Source: an uncultured virus (IMG/VR IMGVR_UViG_3300042463_000956) (Duplodnaviria; Heunggongvirae; Uroviricota; Caudoviricetes). From it: DNA of 64,000 bases. Both the position numbers and the translations under genes were made by a program. This document shows, one piece after another, positions 45,032-55,131 of the stretch. A model generated the notes under the pieces. The model saw nothing but the letters and a program-made list of their open reading frames with translations, searched no databases and had not been told where the DNA came from. The stretch is from positions 1 to 64,000 of IMG/VR virus record IMGVR_UViG_3300042463_000956; one strand, written 5' to 3'. Numbering within the stretch: the stretch's first letter is position 1; the number at the start of each line of letters is the position of its first letter.

Positions 45032-46906
45032 ATGGGAGCATTATTAGAATCAGGTCTTGTTGGTAACATTGGGTTAAAACACCTTAAAGTTATCAAAGAA
45101 GATACAATTAACAAATGGGATAGATTAGGATTCCTAGAAGGTCTTAAAGGACATTTAAAAGAGAACGTTGCGCAGTTGTATGAAAACCAAGCGTCTCACT
45201 TAATTAACGAAGCAACTTCTGAAGGTTCAAACGGAGCTTTCGAAACTGTTGTTTTCCCTATCGTTAGAAGAGTATTCTCTAAATTATTAGCTAACGATAT
45301 CGTATCTGTACAAGCTATGAACTTACCAATTGGTAAATTGTTCTACTTCGTACCTAAAATCCAAGGATATGCTACTGACATAACTACAGGTAATGCGGTT
45401 CATTATCCACCAATTGGATCTCCAGAAGCAGTATCTGCAACTCCACCACAAAATGACCCACAACAAGGTTATAACAATGGATATCCTTACGCAAAAAATC
45501 TTTATGATTTATTCTACGAAGGTGCTGAACCAGGATTAGATCCAGGTGGATTATTTGACTATTCAAAAGGTCGTTGGTCTGCAATTACAGCTCCATCAAC
45601 AGTTGTTGTTTGGTCTAATGGTGACTTAGTTAACGCTGGTGACAATAACCCACAATATATTGGTAACACAAGAAAAGTTCTTATCAGACTTTGTGGGTGG
45701 AATAATGTACCAGGTGCAGGTAAATTAATCGGACCTGATGGAAATGAGATTGATTCTGAAACTTTCCTTTCAGATTTGAAAATCTTACCAAATTACACTG
45801 GTTTAGGTTTTGCATCTGGAAATACTTGTCCATTACCTACAGCCGCTACACCACTTTTATTTAGAGTTGTAACTCAAAAGTATGGTAAAGGAATTGTAGA
45901 ATATGGTCAACAATCACAAACTTATTTCCCTGGTGGAAGTCCTTCAGGAACTGCATCTAACACAGGTAATGGTGGATCTTTCTACGATATCTGTGATGCA
46001 AATGGTTGTATCTTCTTAGAAGTTGACCTTTCTTGTCCTGCTTGTGCTAGCTGTGGTAGCGATTCATTAGACGGATACACAGGTTCTTCTATTTCTGCAA
46101 TTACTTCTGGTACATCATTTACAGCTGTATGGAGAAGATATGAAGAACTAGAATTTGAAGAAAAAATCGGAGAAGTTTCTTTTGATTTAGAGTCTGTAAC
46201 AGTTTCTGTATCTGAAAGAAAATTAAGAGCACAATGGTCTCCAGAGCTTGCTCAAGACGTTGCTGCATTCCATAACATTGATGCTGAAGCTGAACTTACA
46301 GCATTACTTTCTGAGCAAGTTGCTGCTGAAATTGATAGAGAAATCTTGAGAGATTTGAGAAAAGGTGCTGCTTGGAACTTGAGATGGGATTACAACGGAT
46401 GGAGAAGAATTGCACAAACAACTTCTTACACTCAAAAAGATTGGAACCAAACTTTGATTACTGCAATCAACCAATTGTCTGCACAAATTCACAAATCAAC
46501 TTTGAGAGGTGGTGCTAACTGGATTGTTGTATCTTCTGAGGTTTCTGCAATCTTTGATGACTTAGAATACTTCCACGTATCTAACGCGTCTCCTGAGCAA
46601 GACCAATACAACATGGGTATTGAGAGAGTTGGTACTTTAGCTGGTCGTTACCAAGTGTATAGAGACCCTTACTTCCCACCAAACACAGTATTGTTGGGTC
46701 ACAAAGGAACGTCTTTATTAGACACAGGTTACATCTACGCACCGTATGTACCTCTACAATTGACACCTACAATGTATAACCCATTCAACTTTACACCTAT
46801 CAAAGGTATAATGACTAGATATGCGAAAAAAATGGTGAACAACAGATTTTACGCCCGTATTACTGTTGATGGTGTTCGTACATTTGATTTAAGAGAATTG
46901 AGATAA
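45032..46906 (+). CDS. Major capsid protein (T4 gp23-like) with a large insertion
   Basis: IVSVQAMNLP.G, RKLRAQWSPELAQD, EIDREI, YAPYVPL, GIMTRY. Confidence 0.95.
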   Translation: MGALLESGLVGNIGLKHLKVIKEDTINKWDRLGFLEGLKGHLKENVAQLYENQASHLINEATSEGSNGAFETVVFPIVRRVFSKLLANDIVSVQAMNLPIGKLFYFVPKIQGYATDITTGNAVHYPPIGSPEAVSATPPQNDPQQGYNNGYPYAKNLYDLFYEGAEPGLDPGGLFDYSKGRWSAITAPSTVVVWSNGDLVNAGDNNPQYIGNTRKVLIRLCGWNNVPGAGKLIGPDGNEIDSETFLSDLKILPNYTGLGFASGNTCPLPTAATPLLFRVVTQKYGKGIVEYGQQSQTYFPGGSPSGTASNTGNGGSFYDICDANGCIFLEVDLSCPACASCGSDSLDGYTGSSISAITSGTSFTAVWRRYEELEFEEKIGEVSFDLESVTVSVSERKLRAQWSPELAQDVAAFHNIDAEAELTALLSEQVAAEIDREILRDLRKGAAWNLRWDYNGWRRIAQTTSYTQKDWNQTLITAINQLSAQIHKSTLRGGANWIVVSSEVSAIFDDLEYFHVSNASPEQDQYNMGIERVGTLAGRYQVYRDPYFPPNTVLLGHKGTSLLDTGYIYAPYVPLQLTPTMYNPFNFTPIKGIMTRYAKKMVNNRFYARITVDGVRTFDLRELR

Positions 46907-46929
46907 TCAAAATCTTAAAAATATAAGGA

Positions 46930-46957
46930 AAAGGTCAGAGAAATCTGACCTTTTTTT
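46930..46957 (+). terminator. Intrinsic terminator after the capsid gene
   Basis: AAAGGTCAGA-GAAA-TCTGACCTTT plus T tail. Confidence 0.85.
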
Positions 46958-47001
46958 ATTTATTATTTATAATAATAGGTTCTATGTTATATTTATATTA
47001 T

Positions 47002-47679
47002 ATGAAAAAAATAATAATTGATAAGGATGTTGAAAATGAAATTATTAGACTTTATAACGAAGAATATTTAGGTAGTCCTTCCATATCTGAAAAGTTGAAT
47101 ATAAAAAGACATATAGTGTTAAGAGTTTTAAAAGAAAATAATGTTAAAATTGGCCCATCTGGTATGAAATATAAAGGTGGTAAAAGTGCGTCCGATAAAA
47201 GACATTACCAAAAACACAAAGAAAAAAAATTAACATATCATAAAAAATGGTCTGAAAATAAAAGAGAACATTTAATTAAATACCACAAAGAATGGAGAGA
47301 AAAAAATATTGATAAACACAGAGAAAATAAAAGAAACTACGAAAGAACTCGTAAAGCAAACGACCCCATCTATAAATTAATTAATAATTTTAGAACCGCA
47401 ATATACCAAGTATTAAAAGAAAACCAAGTTCAAAAAAACGGACACTATTTTGACATACTTAAATATTCACCAGAAAATCTAATAGAACATTTAGAAAATA
47501 AATTTAAAGATAATATGACTTGGGATAATTATGGTGAGTGGCACGTAGACCATATAAAACCAATATCATCGTTTAAAATTACAGAAATTGGTGATAAAGA
47601 ATTTATGTCTTGTTGGTCATTAGAAAACCTTCAACCATTATGGGGTGAAGAAAATATCCGTAAATCAAACAAATTATAA
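47002..47679 (+). CDS. Free-standing HNH homing endonuclease-like protein
   Basis: MTWDNYGEWHVDHIKP...NLQPLW..EN..KSN; N-terminal HTH-like segment. Confidence 0.8.
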   Translation: MKKIIIDKDVENEIIRLYNEEYLGSPSISEKLNIKRHIVLRVLKENNVKIGPSGMKYKGGKSASDKRHYQKHKEKKLTYHKKWSENKREHLIKYHKEWREKNIDKHRENKRNYERTRKANDPIYKLINNFRTAIYQVLKENQVQKNGHYFDILKYSPENLIEHLENKFKDNMTWDNYGEWHVDHIKPISSFKITEIGDKEFMSCWSLENLQPLWGEENIRKSNKL

Positions 47680-47766
47680 TCTATCACCACTAAATGTTCA
47701 TTTGACACAAAATTTACTTTATAATTAAACTTTTTCAAAGTATTTATTAAGAAAAAATACTTAATT

Positions 47767-48825
47767 ATGAAAAACATTTTTTTAACCCTATTGATGTTGG
47801 TTACAACAAATTTAATATCACAAACACTTTATAAATTTGATTATGTAGAAACATTTGATGTTGATTGGTCAGGTGTTTGGTGGATTCCAGCTGCTACAAC
47901 CGGTTATTATACAAATGCCTTTGTTTCATCAACCTCTAGTGCTGTAATCTATGGTACAGGTAATGGTACATCGGCATATGAATCAGATTGGTATTCATTT
48001 CCTAACTTAGTTGTAGACGCCGCATATGATTATCAATTCAAATTTAGATTAGGGTCTTACCGTTTTACATCAACATCAGGAACACGGGGAGTTGATATTG
48101 GTGATTATATCACAGTGCAATTATCAACAAACGGTGGTACTTCATATGTTAATGAACTTCGTATTACTGGCGCTTCAAACGCATTTTGGAACTATAATTC
48201 AACAGCATATACTAAAACTGCCAATGGTACTTTAACGACCATAGGACCATCTGCAGGAGGTGATAGAACATCCACAGGCGATGGTTACTCTGTAATACAA
48301 CTTAATATTCCTGCAGGGACTTCGCAAATTGCAATTGATATATTTGCTAGAGCTAATTCAGCTGGTGAAGAATGGTGGATGGATAATTTTGAATTAACTA
48401 GAATAGGTGGCCCATTACCAGTTGAGTTAAGTCAGTTTGAGGGTATTGAATATACAATGTTTAATTTAATTAATTGGACAACTGAATCTGAAAACAACTC
48501 AAGTCATTTTGATTTAGAATCAAGTATTGATGGTGAAAATTGGAAATTAGTTACAATTAAAAATGCGGCTAATAATAGTAATGAAAAAATTAATTACTCA
48601 TATATTGATAATAATTTAAGTGAAATTGTTTATTATAGATTACAACAATTTGATATTGATGGAAAATCTGAAACATTTGGGCCAATTGTTATTACAAGGG
48701 ACGTTACAGATAAAAAAATTATAGGTTATATTAATTTATTAGGACAAAAGGTTGATCCTATATATACTACTGGTGTTATCATTGAAATTTATGACGACGG
48801 AACAATGGTCAAAAAGATTAAATAA
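47767..48825 (+). CDS. Secreted Bacteroidota-type protein (signal peptide, beta-rich domain, PLPVEL module, T9SS-CTD-like tail)
   Basis: GPLPVELSQF...WTTESENNSSHF.LE.S.DG..W...YYRLQQFDIDG; NLLGQ...YDDGT..KK tail. Confidence 0.7.
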   Translation: MKNIFLTLLMLVTTNLISQTLYKFDYVETFDVDWSGVWWIPAATTGYYTNAFVSSTSSAVIYGTGNGTSAYESDWYSFPNLVVDAAYDYQFKFRLGSYRFTSTSGTRGVDIGDYITVQLSTNGGTSYVNELRITGASNAFWNYNSTAYTKTANGTLTTIGPSAGGDRTSTGDGYSVIQLNIPAGTSQIAIDIFARANSAGEEWWMDNFELTRIGGPLPVELSQFEGIEYTMFNLINWTTESENNSSHFDLESSIDGENWKLVTIKNAANNSNEKINYSYIDNNLSEIVYYRLQQFDIDGKSETFGPIVITRDVTDKKIIGYINLLGQKVDPIYTTGVIIEIYDDGTMVKKIK

Positions 48826-48854
48826 ATAAAAGGGGTTACTAAGGTGACCCTTTT

Positions 48855-49064
48855 TTAATTTGATAAAGTACGTATTGCTTTTGATATTACTTCAACTTCA
48901 CCAATTGTAAAAGCACCTCGTTTATGGGCGGCTTTAACCGATTCAACTAAATAGTAAATTGCGTGTTCTCCATCCATAGTAGAAAGTATAATATCTAAAT
49001 GTTCTTCAGATTTTAAATCTATAGAACTAAATAAAGTACCAAATAGTTTATTTTCATTTTCCAT
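48855..49064 (-). CDS. Small hypothetical protein
   Basis: 69-aa ORF ending at the bidirectional terminator 48828-48856. Confidence 0.6.
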   Translation of the reverse strand: MENENKLFGTLFSSIDLKSEEHLDIILSTMDGEHAIYYLVESVKAAHKRGAFTIGEVEVISKAIRTLSN

Positions 49065-49087
49065 ATATTATGATATTTATTATAGTA

Positions 49088-50455
49088 ATGATAATTGAGG
49101 ATTTAATAAAGAAAATATTAAAAGAAGCGACCGGTGATTCAACTGGAAGTAGGGGATCCTATGTACCACCATTACAACCAGGTATGAGAGACTTTGACAA
49201 ATCTGAACTGGCACCATTTACCGACTCTGTGTCAGAATATAAAAGTCCTTTAGTTTCTTATGATAGTTATGACCACGATTGGGATTTAAGAAGTGACCAA
49301 ATACGAGCATTAGAAAAAACAGCAAGAAAAATATCAAATTTTATAAAAAAACATCCAGACGCTACAAATAGTGATGAAGATGGTAATGTTTTAAATAGAA
49401 CACCAAGTGGTAAAGAAAAAAAAATTGGTAAAAAAAAGGAAATTGTACCAATAAAAGAAGCGGACACATCAAAATCAGCTGGGGAATATACAGGTCCTGT
49501 TGAATTAGGATTAAAAAAATGGAAAAATAACATTTTAGCACCATTTACAGAATTTATTGATACTGAGTTTAATCATCAAAAAAAACAAAAAACAGTTAAA
49601 AATAATGTTAAAAAAACTGTTGGTATATGGGAAAAAAACTCAGACGGTACTTACAAACAAGATGAATATGATACACATACAATAAATGAAGATTTAGCTG
49701 TTTGGTTTGGTAAAAAGAAAAAACCAAAAGGTTCGTCACAACCAAAAGGACCTTGGGTTGATATATGTAGAAAGGTAGACGGTAAACATCCACCTTGTGG
49801 TAGATCAGATGCCAGTAAAGGTTCTTACCCAAAATGTAGAGCTGCCGGTGTTGCGGGTAAAATGTCAGATTCTGAAAAAAGAAATGCTTGTAGTCAAAAA
49901 AGAAAAGCAGAAAAAAATGACCCACAATCTGGTAAAGGACAAAAACCAGTAATGGTATCACATAAGAAAAAAACAAATGAAAGTATGAAAAGAAAAATTA
50001 TTACATTAACAGAAAATGATTTAACAAGAATTGTTAGAAGGGTTTTAAATGAACAAACAAAACCAAATCCAGGAGCAAAATTAAATTTACTTTGTCAAAA
50101 TGATATTATTGGTGACAATTTTAGAGAATATGGATTATTGTATGGTGGAGATTCTGATTATCGTGGTGGTATTGATGGTGGTGGTGTTAAAAGAGTAGAA
50201 TTAAAATACGCACCAAACCCAACTAGACAAACTTATGAATCAGATTCTAAAACTTTTACTTTAGATGTTACACCAGAAAAGTCGTTATCATCTAATTTTT
50301 TAGAACGTACAGAACTTGATGACGAAAAAAGTATTGGTCAAGGAAAAAATGGTGAAAAAATGTTTTTAATTGGTCTTAGAAAAAGTCATTTATATTTTTG
50401 TTCTATGGATTATGGTACTGACCCATCTTGGGAAACATACTTTAATAGTCTATAA
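49088..50455 (+). CDS. Multi-module hypothetical protein with an internal MKRKIITLTENDLTRIVRRVLNE motif
   Basis: Likely start MIIEDLIKKILKE after GATATTTAT. Confidence 0.7.
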   Translation: MIIEDLIKKILKEATGDSTGSRGSYVPPLQPGMRDFDKSELAPFTDSVSEYKSPLVSYDSYDHDWDLRSDQIRALEKTARKISNFIKKHPDATNSDEDGNVLNRTPSGKEKKIGKKKEIVPIKEADTSKSAGEYTGPVELGLKKWKNNILAPFTEFIDTEFNHQKKQKTVKNNVKKTVGIWEKNSDGTYKQDEYDTHTINEDLAVWFGKKKKPKGSSQPKGPWVDICRKVDGKHPPCGRSDASKGSYPKCRAAGVAGKMSDSEKRNACSQKRKAEKNDPQSGKGQKPVMVSHKKKTNESMKRKIITLTENDLTRIVRRVLNEQTKPNPGAKLNLLCQNDIIGDNFREYGLLYGGDSDYRGGIDGGGVKRVELKYAPNPTRQTYESDSKTFTLDVTPEKSLSSNFLERTELDDEKSIGQGKNGEKMFLIGLRKSHLYFCSMDYGTDPSWETYFNSL

Positions 50456-50456
50456 A

Positions 50457-50714
50457 TTAAGGTTTATATAATGTAAGAGGTTTATCTGGTATTCTAAAAT
50501 TACCTCTAGTATATACAAAAGTTTTGTTAAAATGTTCTAATCTTTCTTTAGACCACGTTTCCATTTCTTTAGAATATTCTGAAGTGAAATTTAAATGTTG
50601 ACCCATAACATTTATGGTATCCGAAACAATATTTTCTGAATGATTGTTTTCTACGGTTTGACCAAATGAGTTCAAAGCTAAAAACATTGTGAAAACTAAA
50701 ACTAACTTTTTCAT
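50457..50714 (-). CDS. Small secreted hypothetical protein
   Basis: MKKLVLVFTMFLALNSFGQ signal peptide. Confidence 0.6.
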   Translation of the reverse strand: MKKLVLVFTMFLALNSFGQTVENNHSENIVSDTINVMGQHLNFTSEYSKEMETWSKERLEHFNKTFVYTRGNFRIPDKPLTLYKP

Positions 50715-50724
50715 ATTATATAAA

Positions 50725-51156
50725 TTATTTGTTAACATTATTTGAAATTCTCTCTAATACATTGTGTAATGAATTTTTAATCTGAGAGTTGATTATTTCT
50801 TCATATTTTAAACGTCTTTTTTCTGTTTCCATATCATAAATATATGTAACTCTTTCCCAATCTCTACCTGTCAATTTTACACTATAATGGTATACGTGAT
50901 TCGTAATATCAACTCTACCATAGTCCATCGTAATAAAAAGGTCCATTTCTTTATTTTCAATATACCTTTTATTAGACATTGGTGCAATCATAAATTTGGT
51001 TGATGGGTGTTTTATCATTTGTAAACAAATCTGGAAACATGTCTTTTCATATGAGGAAACTTCTTCTTCATATGTTTTAAACATCTTACCTTTTTTACCA
51101 AATAAATAAAATCTAAGTTTTAATCTTTTAAAAAATCTAATTATTCTTTTTGTCAT
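50725..51156 (-). CDS. Hypothetical protein
   Basis: 143 aa; TAnnTTTG promoter at 51175-51182. Confidence 0.7.
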   Translation of the reverse strand: MTKRIIRFFKRLKLRFYLFGKKGKMFKTYEEEVSSYEKTCFQICLQMIKHPSTKFMIAPMSNKRYIENKEMDLFITMDYGRVDITNHVYHYSVKLTGRDWERVTYIYDMETEKRRLKYEEIINSQIKNSLHNVLERISNNVNK

Positions 51157-51223
51157 ATCTTTATTTTAATAATACAAAGATACAGAAAAAATAATTACAA
51201 CACCAAACTATTTTGATATTTTT

Positions 51224-51688
51224 TTAACAATAAACTCCAGAACAATGTTTTTTACCATCAAGTCCAGGTTTTTTTCCTTGGCAAACCTGAATTCCGTAGC
51301 CATTTGAATATGCGCTGGGGTAAACATCATACTTAGCTTTAGCCGCAGCTTTTCCTCTGGCACATAGTTTTGTTCCGGTTTTCTTTCTTCCTTCTGACAT
51401 AACCATATCCTTATCATCAATATTCATAGACATTTCCATACCATCCTTTTTTGATTCGTTCATAATAAAATCAAATACTTGATCCATATTATTTTTTGCT
51501 TCGGCTATATGGTCTTGAGCCCAATCGTGACCGTTTTCTAAAATAGATTCTACCATTTGTTGGTCTAAATCTAACAATAAATCACACTGTCTTCTCATTT
51601 GTTGAAGATTTGAGAAGAACATATATCTTGATGACCCATGTTCTTCTTCTCTTAAAACTTTTCTAATTATTCTATCTAAATTCTTCAT
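51224..51688 (-). CDS. Hypothetical protein (MKNLDRIIRKVLREE leader; YPSAY motif)
   Basis: 154-aa ORF. Confidence 0.7.
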   Translation of the reverse strand: MKNLDRIIRKVLREEEHGSSRYMFFSNLQQMRRQCDLLLDLDQQMVESILENGHDWAQDHIAEAKNNMDQVFDFIMNESKKDGMEMSMNIDDKDMVMSEGRKKTGTKLCARGKAAAKAKYDVYPSAYSNGYGIQVCQGKKPGLDGKKHCSGVYC

Positions 51689-51692
51689 ATTA

Positions 51693-54482
51693 TTATGCGT
51701 TTAATCCATTAGGCCCTCCAAGAACAATCATATTAAGTTGTGTAACAGGAGTACCATAACCGTCTGTCCATACTGGATGTGGTGGTGTTATTTGATTTAC
51801 TGTGCTACCGGTTGCACCACAATCACAACAAATTTCACAAATTGTAGATTCTGTATTTGCACTTCTTGGAGCATTGTCTGGATTTTCATCAGAACAAATA
51901 AAACAATTCAAATAAAACTCAACCGGTGTAAAACTTTCTTCAGTTAAAGGTATTGGGCATAAATTTGTAATTGTAAAACAATTTCCATTTTGGTCGCTAA
52001 CACTATAATTTGTTAAACCACCAACGTTATAAATCTGTAAATAATTATTTAAAGTTATACTAACAAATTGTTCTGTATATGGTGCCTCACAACTTACAAG
52101 TGTAACAGCAATAAGTCCTTGTGAATTACAATTTTCACAACTATCATATCTTAATGTTGTTCCAGAACCATTATTTTGTGTATTAAAGTAAGTGTAATAA
52201 CCACTATAAGAAGATACGGTATTTAATAATTGAACACAACCAAATTCATTTGATCCCCACATTGTTTTAACAATATCACCTTGTACTGCTGTCAAATCTG
52301 TTGTGACATAAAGAGTAATATAGACATTTGATGCCGTACATGCTGACGCGTTCCATATTTGTATATTTGGTTGACCATTAGTTGCACATTCTAAACAATC
52401 GTCATCATTTCCTGTAAATGTAACAACACTATATAATGTATCTTCACCATCATATCCAGAGGCGGTTCCAGTAATATTGCAACATTCATTAATTGCTGGA
52501 TTGTAAAAAACTGAATTGTTTGGTAAATATTGGTGTGATTTAATATAGCCACTTTGTGAACCATTGTTTTGAAGTTCAAAATACCTTAAACCGTCATCAC
52601 CAGTATAATCATTTGTATTAACGTATGGTCTATTATTTAAACCATAAAAATCAAAACCAAAACAACACATTGAACCACCTAAACCAGTGGTTTGTACTAC
52701 AATTTCATCTATTAACGGGTTAATAATTAATAAACCACTTGACGTTGTTACATACATATAACCATCAGTACTATTATATCTTATTTTTCCTGGATTTTCT
52801 GTCGTATTAATTGTTTTAATAACCGTTTTTGTGTTTGTATCAATTACTTTTACATTGTTATAACCACTACAAGTAACATACATATTACTACTATTTGGTG
52901 CGTAAGCAATATCATATGGCCCATCTGTTAACCCAATTGATTGTAAATGTGATAGTGTTGCAACATCATAAACTTCAACGGTATAATAATTACTTACGGT
53001 TGTGTATATTTCATTGTTTATTGGGTCGTAAGCTAAAAATTGCTCAAGGTATCCACTTGCTGTTGAGATTGAAGACGCGACTGTATTTGTATTTGTATCA
53101 AATATTTTTACAGAATAATCACTACAAGTAACAAATAATCTATTATTTGGTAAATCGCCATCAAGTTGATATGAATATACATATACACCACTTAAACTAT
53201 ATGCTGTTGTTGTTCCTATAACACCAAGTGAAGTATCGTACCCAATTATACCACCACTACCTGTTGAATTTGTTAGATACATTAAATCTGTATTATAATA
53301 TAATATATCTTGAGCTTGTATATTAGGTATTGAATTTCTTGAAGACTCTGTGTTTGTTCCCGGATCAATAATAATCATTCTTGTTGATTGTGTTGTAACA
53401 TACATATGTTGTGTGTCTGGATTATAACCAACAGCTAAAGGTTCTTCACTTTCGCTACCAAAACCAATAAAGCCTTGTTCTGTAAATCCAGAAACACCAT
53501 AACAAGTTTCATAAGAATAAACAATTCCATTACACTCAATACAAGGTTCACAACCAGGTTGTGGGTCAAAGTTTAAAAATGTATTTATTGTAACATCAAG
53601 TTCTGTTAAACCGCTTACAATAAAACAACCAGTATCTAATGATAGGTTTGAAACTTCACCTCCATCATATAAAGCTGAAGCCCAAACAACTTGTGAAACT
53701 TCAGAATCTGTACAACTTACAAGTAATATCTTTTCGTTTTCAGTTGCAAGACACTGATCACAAGTTGCACTACCATCGTCGCCACCTAAACCATAATCAT
53801 TAATAAATGTCCAAATAGGTGTTCCAGTACCAATTTGTTGTACGGTTCCACAATATTGTTCAAACCCATTTGAATAAGATATTATATGACCAATATATGT
53901 ATCATTAATTAATGACACATAATCTGTATCACCACCTAAACACCTTTTAACTTCATATGTAAAAGAATTATTTGCAAGACAATCTTGACAACCTGTTTCT
54001 AATACTGGCGTTGTTGTTAGTGTAAAAAAACTACTCCCTGCGTTAAGGTTTTTTTCATAATCCGCTTTAGATAACATTGTTAACTCTCTAAATTGAAAAC
54101 AACTTGTATATTCCTCTATTTGACCACTTCTTCCAATTCGTTGTATTGTCATATAAAATATTTCCCCTGTATTTGGTAGTGACCCAAATTCTTCGGCTGT
54201 TATTATAAAATTTAAATCAAGACCACCTCTGATACAATTAGAAAAATTATATATTGCATAATTGTTTGTTAAACAATCATAACAATCTGTGTAAGATTGT
54301 ACTAATAATGGTGAACCACCAGGATCATTAGTATCAGTCATTTTAACACAATACCTTTTTGTTTGTTCAGGGGATGATACATCATCCCAAGCCGACCAGA
54401 TTTCATCTACGGTAACTGTTTCTCCATTTAAATTTACATTTAACTCAATGTCACTATAACAATAAATTGCATTACTTGCCAT
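51693..54482 (-). CDS. Cys-rich putative fibre/decoration protein with a YVTN/YncE-like beta-propeller
   Basis: Repeated CxxC and YVT..S..VKVIDT.T blades; C-terminus shared with the next gene. Confidence 0.65.
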   Translation of the reverse strand: MASNAIYCYSDIELNVNLNGETVTVDEIWSAWDDVSSPEQTKRYCVKMTDTNDPGGSPLLVQSYTDCYDCLTNNYAIYNFSNCIRGGLDLNFIITAEEFGSLPNTGEIFYMTIQRIGRSGQIEEYTSCFQFRELTMLSKADYEKNLNAGSSFFTLTTTPVLETGCQDCLANNSFTYEVKRCLGGDTDYVSLINDTYIGHIISYSNGFEQYCGTVQQIGTGTPIWTFINDYGLGGDDGSATCDQCLATENEKILLVSCTDSEVSQVVWASALYDGGEVSNLSLDTGCFIVSGLTELDVTINTFLNFDPQPGCEPCIECNGIVYSYETCYGVSGFTEQGFIGFGSESEEPLAVGYNPDTQHMYVTTQSTRMIIIDPGTNTESSRNSIPNIQAQDILYYNTDLMYLTNSTGSGGIIGYDTSLGVIGTTTAYSLSGVYVYSYQLDGDLPNNRLFVTCSDYSVKIFDTNTNTVASSISTASGYLEQFLAYDPINNEIYTTVSNYYTVEVYDVATLSHLQSIGLTDGPYDIAYAPNSSNMYVTCSGYNNVKVIDTNTKTVIKTINTTENPGKIRYNSTDGYMYVTTSSGLLIINPLIDEIVVQTTGLGGSMCCFGFDFYGLNNRPYVNTNDYTGDDGLRYFELQNNGSQSGYIKSHQYLPNNSVFYNPAINECCNITGTASGYDGEDTLYSVVTFTGNDDDCLECATNGQPNIQIWNASACTASNVYITLYVTTDLTAVQGDIVKTMWGSNEFGCVQLLNTVSSYSGYYTYFNTQNNGSGTTLRYDSCENCNSQGLIAVTLVSCEAPYTEQFVSITLNNYLQIYNVGGLTNYSVSDQNGNCFTITNLCPIPLTEESFTPVEFYLNCFICSDENPDNAPRSANTESTICEICCDCGATGSTVNQITPPHPVWTDGYGTPVTQLNMIVLGGPNGLNA
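51772..51869. repeat. 98-bp identical repeat (second copy at 54575-54672)
   Basis: Encodes PRSANTESTICEICCDCGATGSTVNQITPPHP in both genes. Confidence 0.9.
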
Positions 54483-54495
54483 TTTTTATATTTTT

Positions 54496-55116
54496 TTAAT
54501 TGTTTAACCCATTAGGTCCACCTAATGTAACCATATTTAATTGAGTTACTTCAGTTCCATAACCATCAGTCCAAACTGGATGTGGTGGTGTTATTTGATT
54601 TACTGTGCTACCGGTTGCACCACAATCACAACAAATTTCACAAATTGTAGATTCTGTATTTGCACTTCTTGGTGGCTCTTGTCCACACTCTTCACAAATT
54701 AAAAAAGGTCCTGAAACGTATGAATAATTTGTTTCACCCAATTCGCTTAACCCTTCGAAAGTTGCACAAAATGGTACATCAGAATCAAATTGTATTTCAT
54801 AAGTAATACCTGTTGTTGGTGTACCAAATTGTTCGCAAAAGTTAGTTGATTCTATATTAATTTCTTCTAATGTACCACATTTTATAAATTTAAAATTTAA
54901 AGATTCTGTAAAACTATTTAAACACTCACAACAATCTGTAAAAGTAGAATCGTATAATGAAAGTGGTGTTATAGGTTCGGTTGTTACTTGTCCAACAATG
55001 CCACAAAAGAAATCTTCACCAATAAAAAACCCTATTGTTTCTCCTTCTGAAAATGTTGTTCCAGAAACATTATATGAAATATTGGTTAAACATTGGTTTA
55101 TAATATAAGTTGCCAT
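54496..55116 (-). CDS. Short Cys-rich paralog of 51693..54482
   Basis: Same ~58-aa C-terminal module. Confidence 0.7.
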   Translation of the reverse strand: MATYIINQCLTNISYNVSGTTFSEGETIGFFIGEDFFCGIVGQVTTEPITPLSLYDSTFTDCCECLNSFTESLNFKFIKCGTLEEINIESTNFCEQFGTPTTGITYEIQFDSDVPFCATFEGLSELGETNYSYVSGPFLICEECGQEPPRSANTESTICEICCDCGATGSTVNQITPPHPVWTDGYGTEVTQLNMVTLGGPNGLNN

Positions 55117-55131
55117 TTTTTATATATTTTT

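Noticed and set aside
46907..47679. Intron-encoded endonuclease in the capsid gene
   Set aside because: The capsid ORF is complete and followed by a terminator; the HNH gene is free-standing.
51701..54672. Diversity-generating retroelement TR/VR pair
   Set aside because: No reverse transcriptase in the window; both copies are coding and the differences are synonymous, not adenine-specific.
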